Shown here piece by piece: positions 37,141 through 47,613 of a stretch of DNA of 64,000 bases; the stretch's first letter is position 1, and each line of letters starts with the position of its first letter. The position numbers and the translations under genes were made by a program. The DNA lies in the IMG/VR virus record IMGVR_UViG_3300010412_000003, positions 1 through 64,000 of that record; one strand, given 5' to 3'. This DNA is from a virus. The notes beneath the pieces are model-generated. The model did not search any database and was not told the origin of the DNA. It saw only the letters and a list, made by a program, of their open reading frames with translations.

Positions 37141-38055
37141 TTAGAACTTCTCTGCAAACCAATGAATGATAGATTTTATCACTTTTGATAAGAAATCAAC
37201 AAACTTTTCAAACCAATTCATATCTTCCTCTTCCACAGGTGGTTCTGGTGGAGCAGGTGGTACAGGTTCAGAAGGTGGTTCTGGTTCTTCAACCTCATAC
37301 CCACCCCACATTAACATTTTCTTTAAACTAGAATTACCCTCTAACTGAGGGGTTTGAGGATAGTTATATGATGGTAATTTTTCTCTAAGCTTTGTATAAA
37401 ACTCTTCCCACGTTAATCCAAATGGATTTTCTTTTATGGTTAGAATTGCATAATAAGACATTGCACCATAATATTTACTTCCAAAATAAGCATCATAACT
37501 ATATTCAGAATCACTAGAACCAGTTAAAAGAAGTTCTTTCATTTGAAATTCTTGCAAAAATTTTCCAGTTCTTTTTAATTCTGGTGTTAATTGGGGTGTT
37601 GATTCGTGTTTAAGAAATCTTGGTTTTGCACTTTCGGAAAATGGACTTGCGAATCTTGTTGAAGTTCCACTAAAACAAGAATCAAGTATAATGTAAACAG
37701 CAACACCATCTGGAACTTTATTAAGAACAGACCTTAACGAATCATCTAGCAAAACACCATCAGAAACATAAAGTGCTTCATCATAATAATCTGGTTCATC
37801 ACCATTCTGATCTGGAACTTGAGTTCCATGACCAGAATATGTCATAACAATTACATCACCATAAGATGATGCGCCAATCATGTTTTCAAGCTTTTCAAGA
37901 ATAACTTGTTTTTTTGCTTCACGATCTAAGATCACACTTACATCAAAACCAAACTTAGTTAAAACATCAAGCCAACCCATAGCATCATTTATGCAACCAT
38001 TTAGATTTGCAGAACCACCATAATCGTTAATTCCAATGCATATTGCTCTTTTCAT
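37141..38055 (-). CDS. caspase-family (C14 metacaspase/orthocaspase) protease with Pro-rich linker and amphipathic C-terminal helix
   Basis: IGINDY, LNGCINDA, YSGHG, ILDSCFSG dyad, GAMSY, QTPQ. Confidence 0.9.
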   Translation of the reverse strand: MKRAICIGINDYGGSANLNGCINDAMGWLDVLTKFGFDVSVILDREAKKQVILEKLENMIGASSYGDVIVMTYSGHGTQVPDQNGDEPDYYDEALYVSDGVLLDDSLRSVLNKVPDGVAVYIILDSCFSGTSTRFASPFSESAKPRFLKHESTPQLTPELKRTGKFLQEFQMKELLLTGSSDSEYSYDAYFGSKYYGAMSYYAILTIKENPFGLTWEEFYTKLREKLPSYNYPQTPQLEGNSSLKKMLMWGGYEVEEPEPPSEPVPPAPPEPPVEEEDMNWFEKFVDFLSKVIKSIIHWFAEKF

Positions 38056-38063
38056 TCTCTCTC

Positions 38064-38888
38064 CTAAAAAATCCACTCAATACCACTAGTTGGTTCAAAA
38101 TATTCGACAACATCAGGGTATAACAAATAAAGTGGCAAGAAACCACCTGCTTTCTTTTCTGGAAGATCATTTCTGAGATTGATTCCATCTACAATCTGTT
38201 CTTCCATTCCCAAAAATGCAAGGTTTCCACCATCAAACCCAAACGGTCTAATCTTTTGATTTTCAACACCTGCATATTGAGTTCCATTTGCATACACCAT
38301 AAACCAACCACCAGATTTCAAAACAATTCTTTTGCCAGCGGTATTGTCCAATCCTCTCAACTCTGCATTCTCATATGGATAAAGAACATTGTCTTTTACA
38401 ATTTGAATTGGCGTATCTTTTCCAACTTTAACATAACCAACTCTTAACCCATTGACTTTTGTAGCCCACTTTTCTTGTGGCAACTGCTTGAAGTTGACAA
38501 AATCTAAAACAGGTGGTTCTACAGGTGGCTCTGGCTCTACAGGTGGCTCTGAAACACCACTATCATCTTCATGGGCATGATCAAAAACATATTCATATTT
38601 GTGAATGTGTTTTTTATATTCTTCAACATGCTCTTCGAATTTTGTTACATACTGAGAAATTGCATTGAAATTTTCAGATATTTTTTGAAAATTTTCATTG
38701 ATTCTTTGACCGTTTTCTGCAATTAATTCCTCAAGCCCAAGTTCCTCTACAGCCTTTAATCTGGCAGAAATAATCGAGAGAGCAGAGTCAACATCTTCCT
38801 TTTTTGCAAAAAGAGAACCATCAAAAAACTCTTTAACCTTTTCTTCAATAAACTCCCCAAATAATGAAATAAATATTTTTTTTAACAT
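38064..38888 (-). CDS. lysis-region protein (coiled coil, EPPV linker)
   Basis: between endolysin and caspase; N-terminal amphipathic helix and coiled coil. Confidence 0.65.
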   Translation of the reverse strand: MLKKIFISLFGEFIEEKVKEFFDGSLFAKKEDVDSALSIISARLKAVEELGLEELIAENGQRINENFQKISENFNAISQYVTKFEEHVEEYKKHIHKYEYVFDHAHEDDSGVSEPPVEPEPPVEPPVLDFVNFKQLPQEKWATKVNGLRVGYVKVGKDTPIQIVKDNVLYPYENAELRGLDNTAGKRIVLKSGGWFMVYANGTQYAGVENQKIRPFGFDGGNLAFLGMEEQIVDGINLRNDLPEKKAGGFLPLYLLYPDVVEYFEPTSGIEWIF

Positions 38889-38900
38889 ATACAAATCTCC

Positions 38901-39776
38901 TTATAAATAATCAACTGGATACATAAACACTTCAACCTTGTGTTCATGCTCAATTGGCTCTGGTGGAACAGGTGGTTCTGGAATTGGTGGAACAGGTGGT
39001 TCTGGCTGAGAAACAAAACTCAACCAGTCATAAAACTCCTGCTTTTTTCTTCTTGTAATATTAAAATCCAATTCATCAGAATCAAAACCTAATTCAATTC
39101 CAATATTACTTGCAGAAACAACCTGCCACATTTCCCAATCATTTGCCTGTCTTTCTGGTGGCATAGTTGGCTTATATTCTAATGTCAAAAACACCTTTTC
39201 CCAAAAGGATTTAAACTGATCTGTTAACCCATTAGCCCAATTTGCATATGGGTATTGTGCAATCCAAAATGGAAAATTTTTACCCTCTGATGTATACGGG
39301 GACAGCCAATCCTTGTAATCATATCTATTTGCATATAAAATAATTCTTTTATTTGGAAACCTTGTTTGAAGCTCTTTCATAAATTTTATTGTATTTAAAG
39401 CAAAAACACTTGATTTTTCATTATAATATTGTTCAAAATCCATAACAAAAAATGAAAAATCTTTTCCCTCACAAAATAAAAGAAATGCACCCAACTGCCT
39501 TTTCCAATCAGAGTGGCTTGAAAAATACCAATATGCACCAAGAGGTATTCCAAGCTTTGATGCTATAGAATAATTTTTATCAAAATTGACATCTTTATAA
39601 ATTCCACCATTTTGTGCGCCATATCCAGCACGTAAAACAATAAAATCCATAACCTTTTCAAATATCTCCATATCAACCTTGCTTAAATCCCAATTACCTT
39701 TGTGGTGACTAAAGTCAGCACCAGTTGCATATGGACTTTTTGAAATTAAATCTAAAATCCATTCTGTTTGATTCAT
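38901..39776 (-). CDS. GH25 muramidase endolysin
   Basis: GADFSHH, GAYWYF, MDFE, FWIAQY, WQ; Pro-rich tail. Confidence 0.85.
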   Translation of the reverse strand: MNQTEWILDLISKSPYATGADFSHHKGNWDLSKVDMEIFEKVMDFIVLRAGYGAQNGGIYKDVNFDKNYSIASKLGIPLGAYWYFSSHSDWKRQLGAFLLFCEGKDFSFFVMDFEQYYNEKSSVFALNTIKFMKELQTRFPNKRIILYANRYDYKDWLSPYTSEGKNFPFWIAQYPYANWANGLTDQFKSFWEKVFLTLEYKPTMPPERQANDWEMWQVVSASNIGIELGFDSDELDFNITRRKKQEFYDWLSFVSQPEPPVPPIPEPPVPPEPIEHEHKVEVFMYPVDYL

Positions 39777-39785
39777 AAACACCTC

Positions 39786-41153
39786 CTAAAACCAAGATGA
39801 AATAACATTAGAAGATAAGGCTGTATAAGTCAATTCAAGCAATGGTCTATCACCAGCAGTTCCTGAACCACTTGAATAATACCATTTCCCTGTATAGTGA
39901 CCGCCAGATTGTGTTTCAGCTATATTATAACCATTGTTTACATATGTTGAGTTAATCCAGTTGTCAAAATCTGTAATTAAAATATTAGAAAAAACAATGT
40001 CCGATGGTTCAGTTGGAGAAGTAGTATATTGATAACTTCCACTTACTGTTGAAACAATATCACCGGTTGTGTTTGTACCCCCACCACTACTCCAGTTGTT
40101 GTTGGTTTTGTATATTTGCCATGTTGCCTGAGTCTCAACCCAATCCCTCTCGTCACGTATTCTTCTCATGCTATTTGTGTGGGGAAAGTCAAGGTTTTGT
40201 GAGCTATACAACCGAAGAGTTAAATCTGCCGAAACACCACTTTGGTAATCGTCAAGACCTGTAAAATCAAATCTTATCAGTGTTGTATTTGCATTCGAAG
40301 CACCATTAACTCTTCCAACAAGAACATTTGACCCATTAGAGTTTGTTGTTGGACTAACTTGGGAAAGATAACAATCCTGACCCGTTGTATCGTCTGGTTG
40401 ATAATTCCATGTTGGGTCAATGACAACTGGAAATATAGCGTTTTCCAACCAACTTGATTTAACACCTGACAAAACATATACACCACTGGAATCCTCAATA
40501 AAAAACTGCTCAACAGACGCTTCTTTAGAGGCATCACCACTCGATTCTGTAGCAACACCACCAAATATAGAAATGCTTTCATTTTTTAAATTCTTGCTTT
40601 TTATTCTTTTTGATAAGTTGCTTATTTGAGAACCAACCTTTGTAACAATTACAAGGTGAGTTCCATTTATAGATGGCATTTCGTTAATGTGAAGATTTTC
40701 CTTTATTCTTCCACTTTCATGAACAACATATTCAGATGAATAATTTTTATCAATTATTTTTTTAAAATTTTTTCCGTTAAAAAATCCAGTTTTTTTATCA
40801 AATGTAGATAAAATTTTGAGAGTGTTTGTTTTTTGGTCATAATCACCAATCCCAATTGTATGATGATAAAAACCTCTTGATGGAATAAAAACACTTCCAT
40901 CATCACCTATCTCAAAATCAATATTTATGTCCCTGATCTTTTTTTTTCCAGAATTTCCATTTTCGAATGTTGAAATAATTGGGAACATAGCCCTGTTAAC
41001 CCGATCATATTTATGAACTGGAAACTGAGCCAAAACTGCCTTTACCACACCCCTTTCCTCTGTTCTGTAAATTATACCATTGTGTATTCTTCTTTTAACT
41101 TGAAGGTTATCATTTTTTTTATTAACATGGCTTGTCCATTCACTTTCTATCAT
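39786..41153 (-). CDS. tail-associated protein with DNRLRE/CBM96-like domain
   Basis: FPVVIDPT, QPD..GQDCY, LIRFD, WVETQATW, RPLLELTY. Confidence 0.6.
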   Translation of the reverse strand: MIESEWTSHVNKKNDNLQVKRRIHNGIIYRTEERGVVKAVLAQFPVHKYDRVNRAMFPIISTFENGNSGKKKIRDINIDFEIGDDGSVFIPSRGFYHHTIGIGDYDQKTNTLKILSTFDKKTGFFNGKNFKKIIDKNYSSEYVVHESGRIKENLHINEMPSINGTHLVIVTKVGSQISNLSKRIKSKNLKNESISIFGGVATESSGDASKEASVEQFFIEDSSGVYVLSGVKSSWLENAIFPVVIDPTWNYQPDDTTGQDCYLSQVSPTTNSNGSNVLVGRVNGASNANTTLIRFDFTGLDDYQSGVSADLTLRLYSSQNLDFPHTNSMRRIRDERDWVETQATWQIYKTNNNWSSGGGTNTTGDIVSTVSGSYQYTTSPTEPSDIVFSNILITDFDNWINSTYVNNGYNIAETQSGGHYTGKWYYSSGSGTAGDRPLLELTYTALSSNVISSWF

Positions 41154-41168
41154 TATATAATCTCCCTG

Positions 41169-42536
41169 TTATGGTAATCTGACTTCCATTGTTATAGAAC
41201 ATCCTTGTGCTGGTGTTGTGTGAACAGAATCAATTGTCATTCTAATCAAATCCGCAGTTTGAATATCATCATTCGATGTGTTAATTGTTACAGATGATAT
41301 TGTTGTACTGCCACTATCAAATGTGATAAGCCCAGAGCAAATTTCAACCCAAGAACCTCTGTACCTCTCAACCGAAACAATCATCGAACCAGTTGTTCCT
41401 GCTGTCATTGCAACACCTTCAAAGTTAACAACATTCATACCATTCCAAGCATCAGGAACTTTGAAAACAAATTTAACACCAGTAGAACAATCTGTTGATG
41501 GCTCTACAAGTTGTACAATAATACCCTTTGTTCCCAAGTTAGAACCAGCCAGCGCATCTGGTGTAATTGTTCTTGATGTGTCAGTTCCAGTATTGACCTC
41601 TGCAACTGTTGCAAGTTCTGATTTTCCAGCCAATGATGTTGTTGCCTGACTAACCGCTGATGTCACATCACCAGACCAAGCTGGAACACCACCACTAACA
41701 GTTAATACATTTCCAGATGAACCAATTGGCAAAGATGTAATTTCAGAAGCACCAGATGCATACAAAATGTCACCAGTCGTTCTTGCAAATGGGGAAATGT
41801 ACCCCCTCCAAGATGTTCCATTAGAATAAAAATATCCAACCTGATTCTGCCTTACAGTTCCAATTGTTGTTGTTCCACTATCTTCTTTTACAACAAGGTC
41901 TTCATCACCATCAGCAGTATTATGAATAATAAAAATTGGATTAAAAGCACTTTCTGCTGGAAGAAGAATATCACGATTCACCCCATTAGGGTCTAAATAT
42001 TGAATTGATGCGCTATAATCATTTAAAGTTTTTGTTGTAGATAATGTCTCTGTATTTTTTTTATAAACCCCAACATTTTGAATTGCAGAGACAACAACCC
42101 AAGCTGTTCCATTATATTTTAAATAATACTCTCTATTCTTTCCAAGATCATTGCCATCAATGTTTTGTACATTACCATCATTGTCAATCTTATATACTGT
42201 TTTAACACCCAATGAGTTGATGTTCAAGGTAACTGCTCCATTAGATGTTTGACTCAGTTTTAATATGATCTTAAGATCAGTTGTATATGATGTGATTGCG
42301 CTAATTCCAGTTGCCTCATAAAGACTTCCAGAATTATAAGTTGCACTAACTGGAATAGCACCCCTCTGTGTTTCAAGAGTGTCTATACTTGATTGAATAT
42401 CGGTTAGTGCTGTTTCAATTTTTGTCATATTGCTATTTGTAGTGCCACACATATCAAGACGATAATCCAAAAATAATTCTATTGTGTCACTTGAATCATA
42501 AAGAGTTAGGTTATAATTCGTTGTAGTTGATACCAT
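41169..42536 (-). CDS. tail fibre protein
   Basis: TTTNYNL start, GDILYAS, VLTVSGGVPAW, ATVAEVNTGTD..ITP fibre repeats. Confidence 0.75.
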   Translation of the reverse strand: MVSTTTNYNLTLYDSSDTIELFLDYRLDMCGTTNSNMTKIETALTDIQSSIDTLETQRGAIPVSATYNSGSLYEATGISAITSYTTDLKIILKLSQTSNGAVTLNINSLGVKTVYKIDNDGNVQNIDGNDLGKNREYYLKYNGTAWVVVSAIQNVGVYKKNTETLSTTKTLNDYSASIQYLDPNGVNRDILLPAESAFNPIFIIHNTADGDEDLVVKEDSGTTTIGTVRQNQVGYFYSNGTSWRGYISPFARTTGDILYASGASEITSLPIGSSGNVLTVSGGVPAWSGDVTSAVSQATTSLAGKSELATVAEVNTGTDTSRTITPDALAGSNLGTKGIIVQLVEPSTDCSTGVKFVFKVPDAWNGMNVVNFEGVAMTAGTTGSMIVSVERYRGSWVEICSGLITFDSGSTTISSVTINTSNDDIQTADLIRMTIDSVHTTPAQGCSITMEVRLP

Positions 42537-42557
42537 AAAGTCCTCCTTATGTTATTT

Positions 42558-43031
42558 TTATGTAGCCACATAATCCAAGTCTCCTAATGTCTCAACGTCA
42601 AGAGTTCCAAGTGTTGACGCATCCCAATCTGAAAGGTTATAAAATACCGCTAAAATTGGAGTAAATGCATTAGAAAAATTAAAATTTGAAATTGTGGTTA
42701 TAACTTTACTATTTTCTTTCCATGTAAGTGATAAAACACTAACCTGAGAAATTGTTTTTGATAAATACTCTTTAAACTTCATAGAAAAAGTATTTACCCT
42801 TCTACCACCATTTAAGTCAAAAGTCAAATATTCTTTAAATTTAATATTATAAGCAACATTTATCAAAGCACTCATTGTTATACTAAATTGCTTACTTACT
42901 TTCATTGCGAAAGTTATTGGAAATTTTTGAACAATTTGAACAAACCAACTATCAGATGGTGTAAACCCTCTAATTACTAGATCAAAGGCTTTTTTTGTAA
43001 CAATATTAACATTAAAAGATATAGATGGCAT
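42558..43031 (-). CDS. putative tail/baseplate protein
   Basis: position in tail cluster. Confidence 0.55.
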   Translation of the reverse strand: MPSISFNVNIVTKKAFDLVIRGFTPSDSWFVQIVQKFPITFAMKVSKQFSITMSALINVAYNIKFKEYLTFDLNGGRRVNTFSMKFKEYLSKTISQVSVLSLTWKENSKVITTISNFNFSNAFTPILAVFYNLSDWDASTLGTLDVETLGDLDYVAT

Positions 43032-43048
43032 TTCTACCCCTTTGTCTT

Positions 43049-43456
43049 TTATGAGTTAACAATGCTAACAACAATTGCACCAACCGCAAAATAAACTACA
43101 GTACCAGATTGCACAACTCTTGATGGAGACAAAGCACCAAAATAAAGCATGTTTCCACTCGTTAATGCATCAGAAATGAAAACATATGTAATTGTACCCC
43201 AAGATGCAGAGCTTTCTGCGAAAGAAACCTGAACAGTATTTGATAAAGAACCACTTGATGCGTTTCCCCATTGCGATTTTGTATTTGTTAAACTTGCCCT
43301 AGCATATGAACCACCAACTGGTTCTGTTGCACCAGTTCCATCATTGTTAATTGTTGTAGTAGAAAGACCAAAGTACAATGTTGATGGAACTGTATAGTTT
43401 GTAGCACCAAAGTCTTTGTCTAAAATTCTATTAGATTGATAATAAGTAATACTCAT
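43049..43456 (-). CDS. minor tail/fibre-associated protein
   Basis: LYFGLST, EP.GGSYAR, WGTIT...DA.T.GN.L family motifs. Confidence 0.7.
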   Translation of the reverse strand: MSITYYQSNRILDKDFGATNYTVPSTLYFGLSTTTINNDGTGATEPVGGSYARASLTNTKSQWGNASSGSLSNTVQVSFAESSASWGTITYVFISDALTSGNMLYFGALSPSRVVQSGTVVYFAVGAIVVSIVNS

Positions 43457-43468
43457 GTGTATAACCTC

Positions 43469-43819
43469 CTAGTCATTTTGTATTCTTGGAACAATTGTCA
43501 GGATGCCCTGTGATGGTCTAAATTCATTTTGATCTAAGTCTGTAATTACTGGTTGATGAATAAATTTTCCCTCTAAGTCAACCGTATCTACTGAATCAAT
43601 TTCTATCTCAAATGTATTTGTTCCAGTTTTAGTTCCAGTTTTAGTTAAAATGGCAGTGTCAGGTTGCCCATAATAACTCATTGTCCATTCAACTGTTGAT
43701 GATGTGATGTCAATTAAAACACCAAGTTCATCATACACATTGAATTCTAAAATATAATTTGTACCACCAATGAAAATAATTTCCTCAAGATCATTGATGT
43801 TAGAGTAAACATTTCTCAT
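43469..43819 (-). CDS. BppU-like baseplate protein
   Basis: beta-rich, DT.DL.GK, QG.LTI; tail cluster. Confidence 0.5.
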   Translation of the reverse strand: MRNVYSNINDLEEIIFIGGTNYILEFNVYDELGVLIDITSSTVEWTMSYYGQPDTAILTKTGTKTGTNTFEIEIDSVDTVDLEGKFIHQPVITDLDQNEFRPSQGILTIVPRIQND

Positions 43820-43838
43820 TTATATTCACCCCACTTTT

Positions 43839-44102
43839 CTAAATATGTTTTTCAACTATTTCTTTATTAGGAACTTCAAGATTCATAACCTCTTCTAAAA
43901 CCATTTCCAATACTTGATCAAGATCAATTATTGTATTCATTGACTTCATAAACATTTGCATGTTTCCATGACCTCTAACCTCTACTGCTTGAAGACCATT
44001 ATACATTTCTATCAATGATTTTTTTACAACATCAATTTTTTGACCTAAACTTAAATCCCTAATATCTTTTTTTTGTTGATTGTCACCAACTACGTCATTC
44101 AT
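43839..44102 (-). CDS. hypothetical protein
   Basis: 87-aa ORF, GGAG RBS. Confidence 0.6.
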   Translation of the reverse strand: MNDVVGDNQQKKDIRDLSLGQKIDVVKKSLIEMYNGLQAVEVRGHGNMQMFMKSMNTIIDLDQVLEMVLEEVMNLEVPNKEIVEKHI

Positions 44103-44110
44103 TTTATCTC

Positions 44111-46777
44111 CTAAATACCAATTGAATAAGAATATAATATGCCTTTATAAAACCTAAGTGTAGCATATCCAGTATAAACAACTGCTGTGAGTCCATAAGT
44201 TCCGTTTATAACAAAATAATCTGTATCAACTCTAAATGTAACAGTGTTACTTCTTATCTGGCTATTACCAGTGAGATATAAAATACCACCCTGCAAGTCA
44301 AGATAAGAACTTCCATAAAGCAATAAGTTTGTTGCTTGAAATGATGTTACAGTAGAGCCAAGATTTATTTGTGCATTACCAGCACCACCAATAGTTCCAC
44401 CCCAAACCCTACTGCCACTCATACTTCCAGTAGTAACATAACCTGCATTAATACCACTTCCAATTTGCCCACCATTAATAGTTCCATAAATGTTGTCAGC
44501 ATAAATTGTTCCAGAGAAACTTGCTGTACTGCCATCTATGCTCAAAGCACCCAATTTTATTTTACCATTGCTCCTGATGTAATTTCCAAGATTATCATAC
44601 AGACTGTTTGAATTAATATTCCAACCACCAATAGTACCACTACTGGCACTAATACTCCCGCTAAAAGTTCCAGTAGCACCAGATAAATCACCAGAAAAAA
44701 CCAAATTTCCACTTCCATCAGCATAAAACCTATCAACCCAAGTACCACCAGTGTTACCTTGAATTTTTATTCCATTTGTTGGGTCAATATAAACCCTACT
44801 GCTATCTGTTTCAAGAGAGATACTACCATTTGATATTGAAACACCAGTTGCATCAACAACAAAACTCAAATCCTCATTTTGAATTGTCAATGTGTTTCCA
44901 GCAATTAAATTTCCAACAATTGTATCAGCAACCAGACCATAATGTGTAACCCCACCAACATCCACTCTTCCAAGTGCAACTTTTGCTGTTGCCCAATCAT
45001 CATCTGTAAAAGCCAATACATTGTTTGTTAGCCAAACCTGTTCATCATCAAATGTTACACCATTCCATTGTCTTCCACGAAGACCAGCACCATCTATGAT
45101 AATATCCTGATCTGATGTTGAAACAAGATTGTTCACTGTTGCATTTAATGCAGAGCTAATAAATGTTGTTACTTCATCTTTATGACTTTCACTCCAATTG
45201 TTCCAGTCCTGTTTGTTAAAGCTAACAGTTGCGCCAAGATTGTTTATTTGACCAAAAAGATCACTAAATACATACGCACTTGTATCTGATCTAAGCCTAT
45301 TGCTTAAAATTAAGGAAAATTTATCTGGATTGTCATAGTTTATTTTAACCTCTAGTATAATTGAAGTTGTAATTTGACCATTTGGAAGTTCAACTGTTAC
45401 AGAAGAACCAACTTCGAGATCATTTGAAAAAGATTGAAATTCTTGCATGGCAAGAAAATTTATACTATCTGCTTCAAAAATATATCTTGGTTGTGAAATT
45501 CTACCCAAAACACTTTTCCCTTGATCATACAACAATTGAGATTGATCTTGTTTTTCAGAATCAGTCATAATATCAGTTTGAATTATATTTGGATTTTGAT
45601 ATGTGTTTTCAAAAGTAAATTCTGACAACTCAGCAAGTTCACTTTCTGTAAAATTGCTTTCAAATGAAACTATATTATTAATATCTACCAAAGATTGTTG
45701 CAAAACTATAATTTCATTTTGCTTTGAAATAATTTCAATGTTTTTAGAATTTATTAAAGCTTCTTGATTATCTATTTGTGTTTTTATATCATCTGTTGCC
45801 AATCCTTGTTGAATTCTGCTTGCTAATATTTCTTCAAGACCAGCAAGGGTTGAAAGTAAAGCTACCAACTCCCCTTGTAAAACAATTAAATCATCATATG
45901 CGGTTTTTAAAGTCGTTAACGTAGCACCATATGTTGATTCATAACTTGCCACCAAAGCTTCCCAAGCTGTTAATTTGGTAATCAAATTTTGACTCATCCA
46001 ATCTGTATTTTTATAATATGAAAAGTCATATATCGTTGCAGAACCAAGTGGATTTACAGACCTGATGGTAAGATTTCCACCACCATAAACGCTTAGTGCA
46101 GTTGTTATTTCATCATCCATTTCTTGCAATTTTGCTTGTTTCAAAAGATTATCGAATGATAAAAATATATCCGTTTGCGAAACAGCACTATCAATTGAAT
46201 CAACTTTTATTATATTATTTATGGTATCAAATGAAAAAATACATTCATATGCATTAGAAACATCATTCATTAGAAAGTTGTAAACATTTGTATCCTGAAC
46301 ATCAAATGTTCTAAATTTTGCCGAAATAGAAGCATCAACACTTCCAATGCTCCAAGATGGTAAAAGGTTTACAACTTCTTGTAAAAGAGTTCCATCTGGT
46401 GATACGGCATCATAAAACTGATATGTCCCACCAAAACCAGTTAGTCTTTTTTTTGACATTTTGAATTCAATAGAAATTGCAATTACATTTTTAATATCAA
46501 CACCACCATTTGTATCCTCTGGTGCTTTAATAATTTCAAAATAACCAATACCTTCAACTTTAATTAATCTTTTAACTACAATGTAATTATAAACTGATAA
46601 TTCGATGCCATTTACATTTTTTGGAATTGTAAATGATATTTCACTCACTGCATTAAATCTTGGTGTATATTCAACATCATAAGCCATAGAAAGAGAATAA
46701 ATTTCTGTTTTATCTGGATTACATAATGTCAATGCTGGTTTTTCAAGTCTGCTAAAAATGTCATATGAAACTTGCAT
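44111..46777 (-). CDS. Tal/tail spike (baseplate hub) protein
   Basis: follows Dit; ITTALSVYGG..L.IRSVNPLG; Gly-rich beta C-terminus. Confidence 0.75.
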   Translation of the reverse strand: MQVSYDIFSRLEKPALTLCNPDKTEIYSLSMAYDVEYTPRFNAVSEISFTIPKNVNGIELSVYNYIVVKRLIKVEGIGYFEIIKAPEDTNGGVDIKNVIAISIEFKMSKKRLTGFGGTYQFYDAVSPDGTLLQEVVNLLPSWSIGSVDASISAKFRTFDVQDTNVYNFLMNDVSNAYECIFSFDTINNIIKVDSIDSAVSQTDIFLSFDNLLKQAKLQEMDDEITTALSVYGGGNLTIRSVNPLGSATIYDFSYYKNTDWMSQNLITKLTAWEALVASYESTYGATLTTLKTAYDDLIVLQGELVALLSTLAGLEEILASRIQQGLATDDIKTQIDNQEALINSKNIEIISKQNEIIVLQQSLVDINNIVSFESNFTESELAELSEFTFENTYQNPNIIQTDIMTDSEKQDQSQLLYDQGKSVLGRISQPRYIFEADSINFLAMQEFQSFSNDLEVGSSVTVELPNGQITTSIILEVKINYDNPDKFSLILSNRLRSDTSAYVFSDLFGQINNLGATVSFNKQDWNNWSESHKDEVTTFISSALNATVNNLVSTSDQDIIIDGAGLRGRQWNGVTFDDEQVWLTNNVLAFTDDDWATAKVALGRVDVGGVTHYGLVADTIVGNLIAGNTLTIQNEDLSFVVDATGVSISNGSISLETDSSRVYIDPTNGIKIQGNTGGTWVDRFYADGSGNLVFSGDLSGATGTFSGSISASSGTIGGWNINSNSLYDNLGNYIRSNGKIKLGALSIDGSTASFSGTIYADNIYGTINGGQIGSGINAGYVTTGSMSGSRVWGGTIGGAGNAQINLGSTVTSFQATNLLLYGSSYLDLQGGILYLTGNSQIRSNTVTFRVDTDYFVINGTYGLTAVVYTGYATLRFYKGILYSYSIGI

Positions 46778-47568
46778 TATCCACCAACCTTTCTTGCAAA
46801 TTGATATGTCATGTCAACTTGAGATAAAGAACCAGAAAATGTTATTGTATTTCTTCCTTTGACAAGCCTGAACCAATTTTTATTAAAATTAGACAATCTT
46901 CTCAAGGCAGTTGAGCTTGAAATTGTTCCAAGCTCATTATTAATTGTAATTATCTCACCAGATGTTAGTCCAGTAAATTCAAAAAGCCTATCATTATCCT
47001 GAGATACTGATATGCTAAAGTCACCACCAAATTCATTTGCAGTTATTTCTAAAGATGGATAATTATAATCATTATCATTTGATAGATTATAAAAATCTAC
47101 TATGCTATTTACATCAGCATCAGTAAATGAATATGTTTTTGTTCTTGGAAAAGTCCACGCAAAAGGACTGTCGCAAACAACGGTTGCCTTTACACCACGA
47201 ATAATGTTTCCAACTTTATTAACTTGTGGGTTTGTCAAAAAACAATTAAAATAAACATCTTGCATATCAGATTGTAAAATTTGCAATTTTTTATATTGAC
47301 TATGACCAAAAAGCCATGATTGAATATGCCCAATATCAGGAGAAGTTATTTCTCTTGGACTATTGAACGAAACATCAAATTCTAAAGCAGGAGATTGTTT
47401 TGCGCCAAGCAAATAGTTTTTTGACTTTCTGTAAAGACTTTCTACGTACAGTTCAACATTGCTTGAGCCAGTTACATCAACATCACCACCATTTGGTGAT
47501 GCAATGTATAAAGAGTAGAGTTCTGATGGTTTTCCATCGAAAATAAAACTTGCTCCCCAAAAACTCAT
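46777..47568 (-). CDS. distal tail protein (Dit)
   Basis: directly after TMP; FIFDG, CDSPFAW, FRLVKGRN. Confidence 0.8.
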   Translation of the reverse strand: MSFWGASFIFDGKPSELYSLYIASPNGGDVDVTGSSNVELYVESLYRKSKNYLLGAKQSPALEFDVSFNSPREITSPDIGHIQSWLFGHSQYKKLQILQSDMQDVYFNCFLTNPQVNKVGNIIRGVKATVVCDSPFAWTFPRTKTYSFTDADVNSIVDFYNLSNDNDYNYPSLEITANEFGGDFSISVSQDNDRLFEFTGLTSGEIITINNELGTISSSTALRRLSNFNKNWFRLVKGRNTITFSGSLSQVDMTYQFARKVGG

Positions 47569-47585
47569 AGAAACCTCCTAAAATT

Positions 47586-47613
47586 ATATGGTGTGGATTT
47601 CTCCACACCATAT
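47586..47613 (-). other. intergenic hairpin with GAAA loop between TMP and Dit
   Basis: ATATGGTGTGGA/TCCACACCATAT. Confidence 0.6.
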
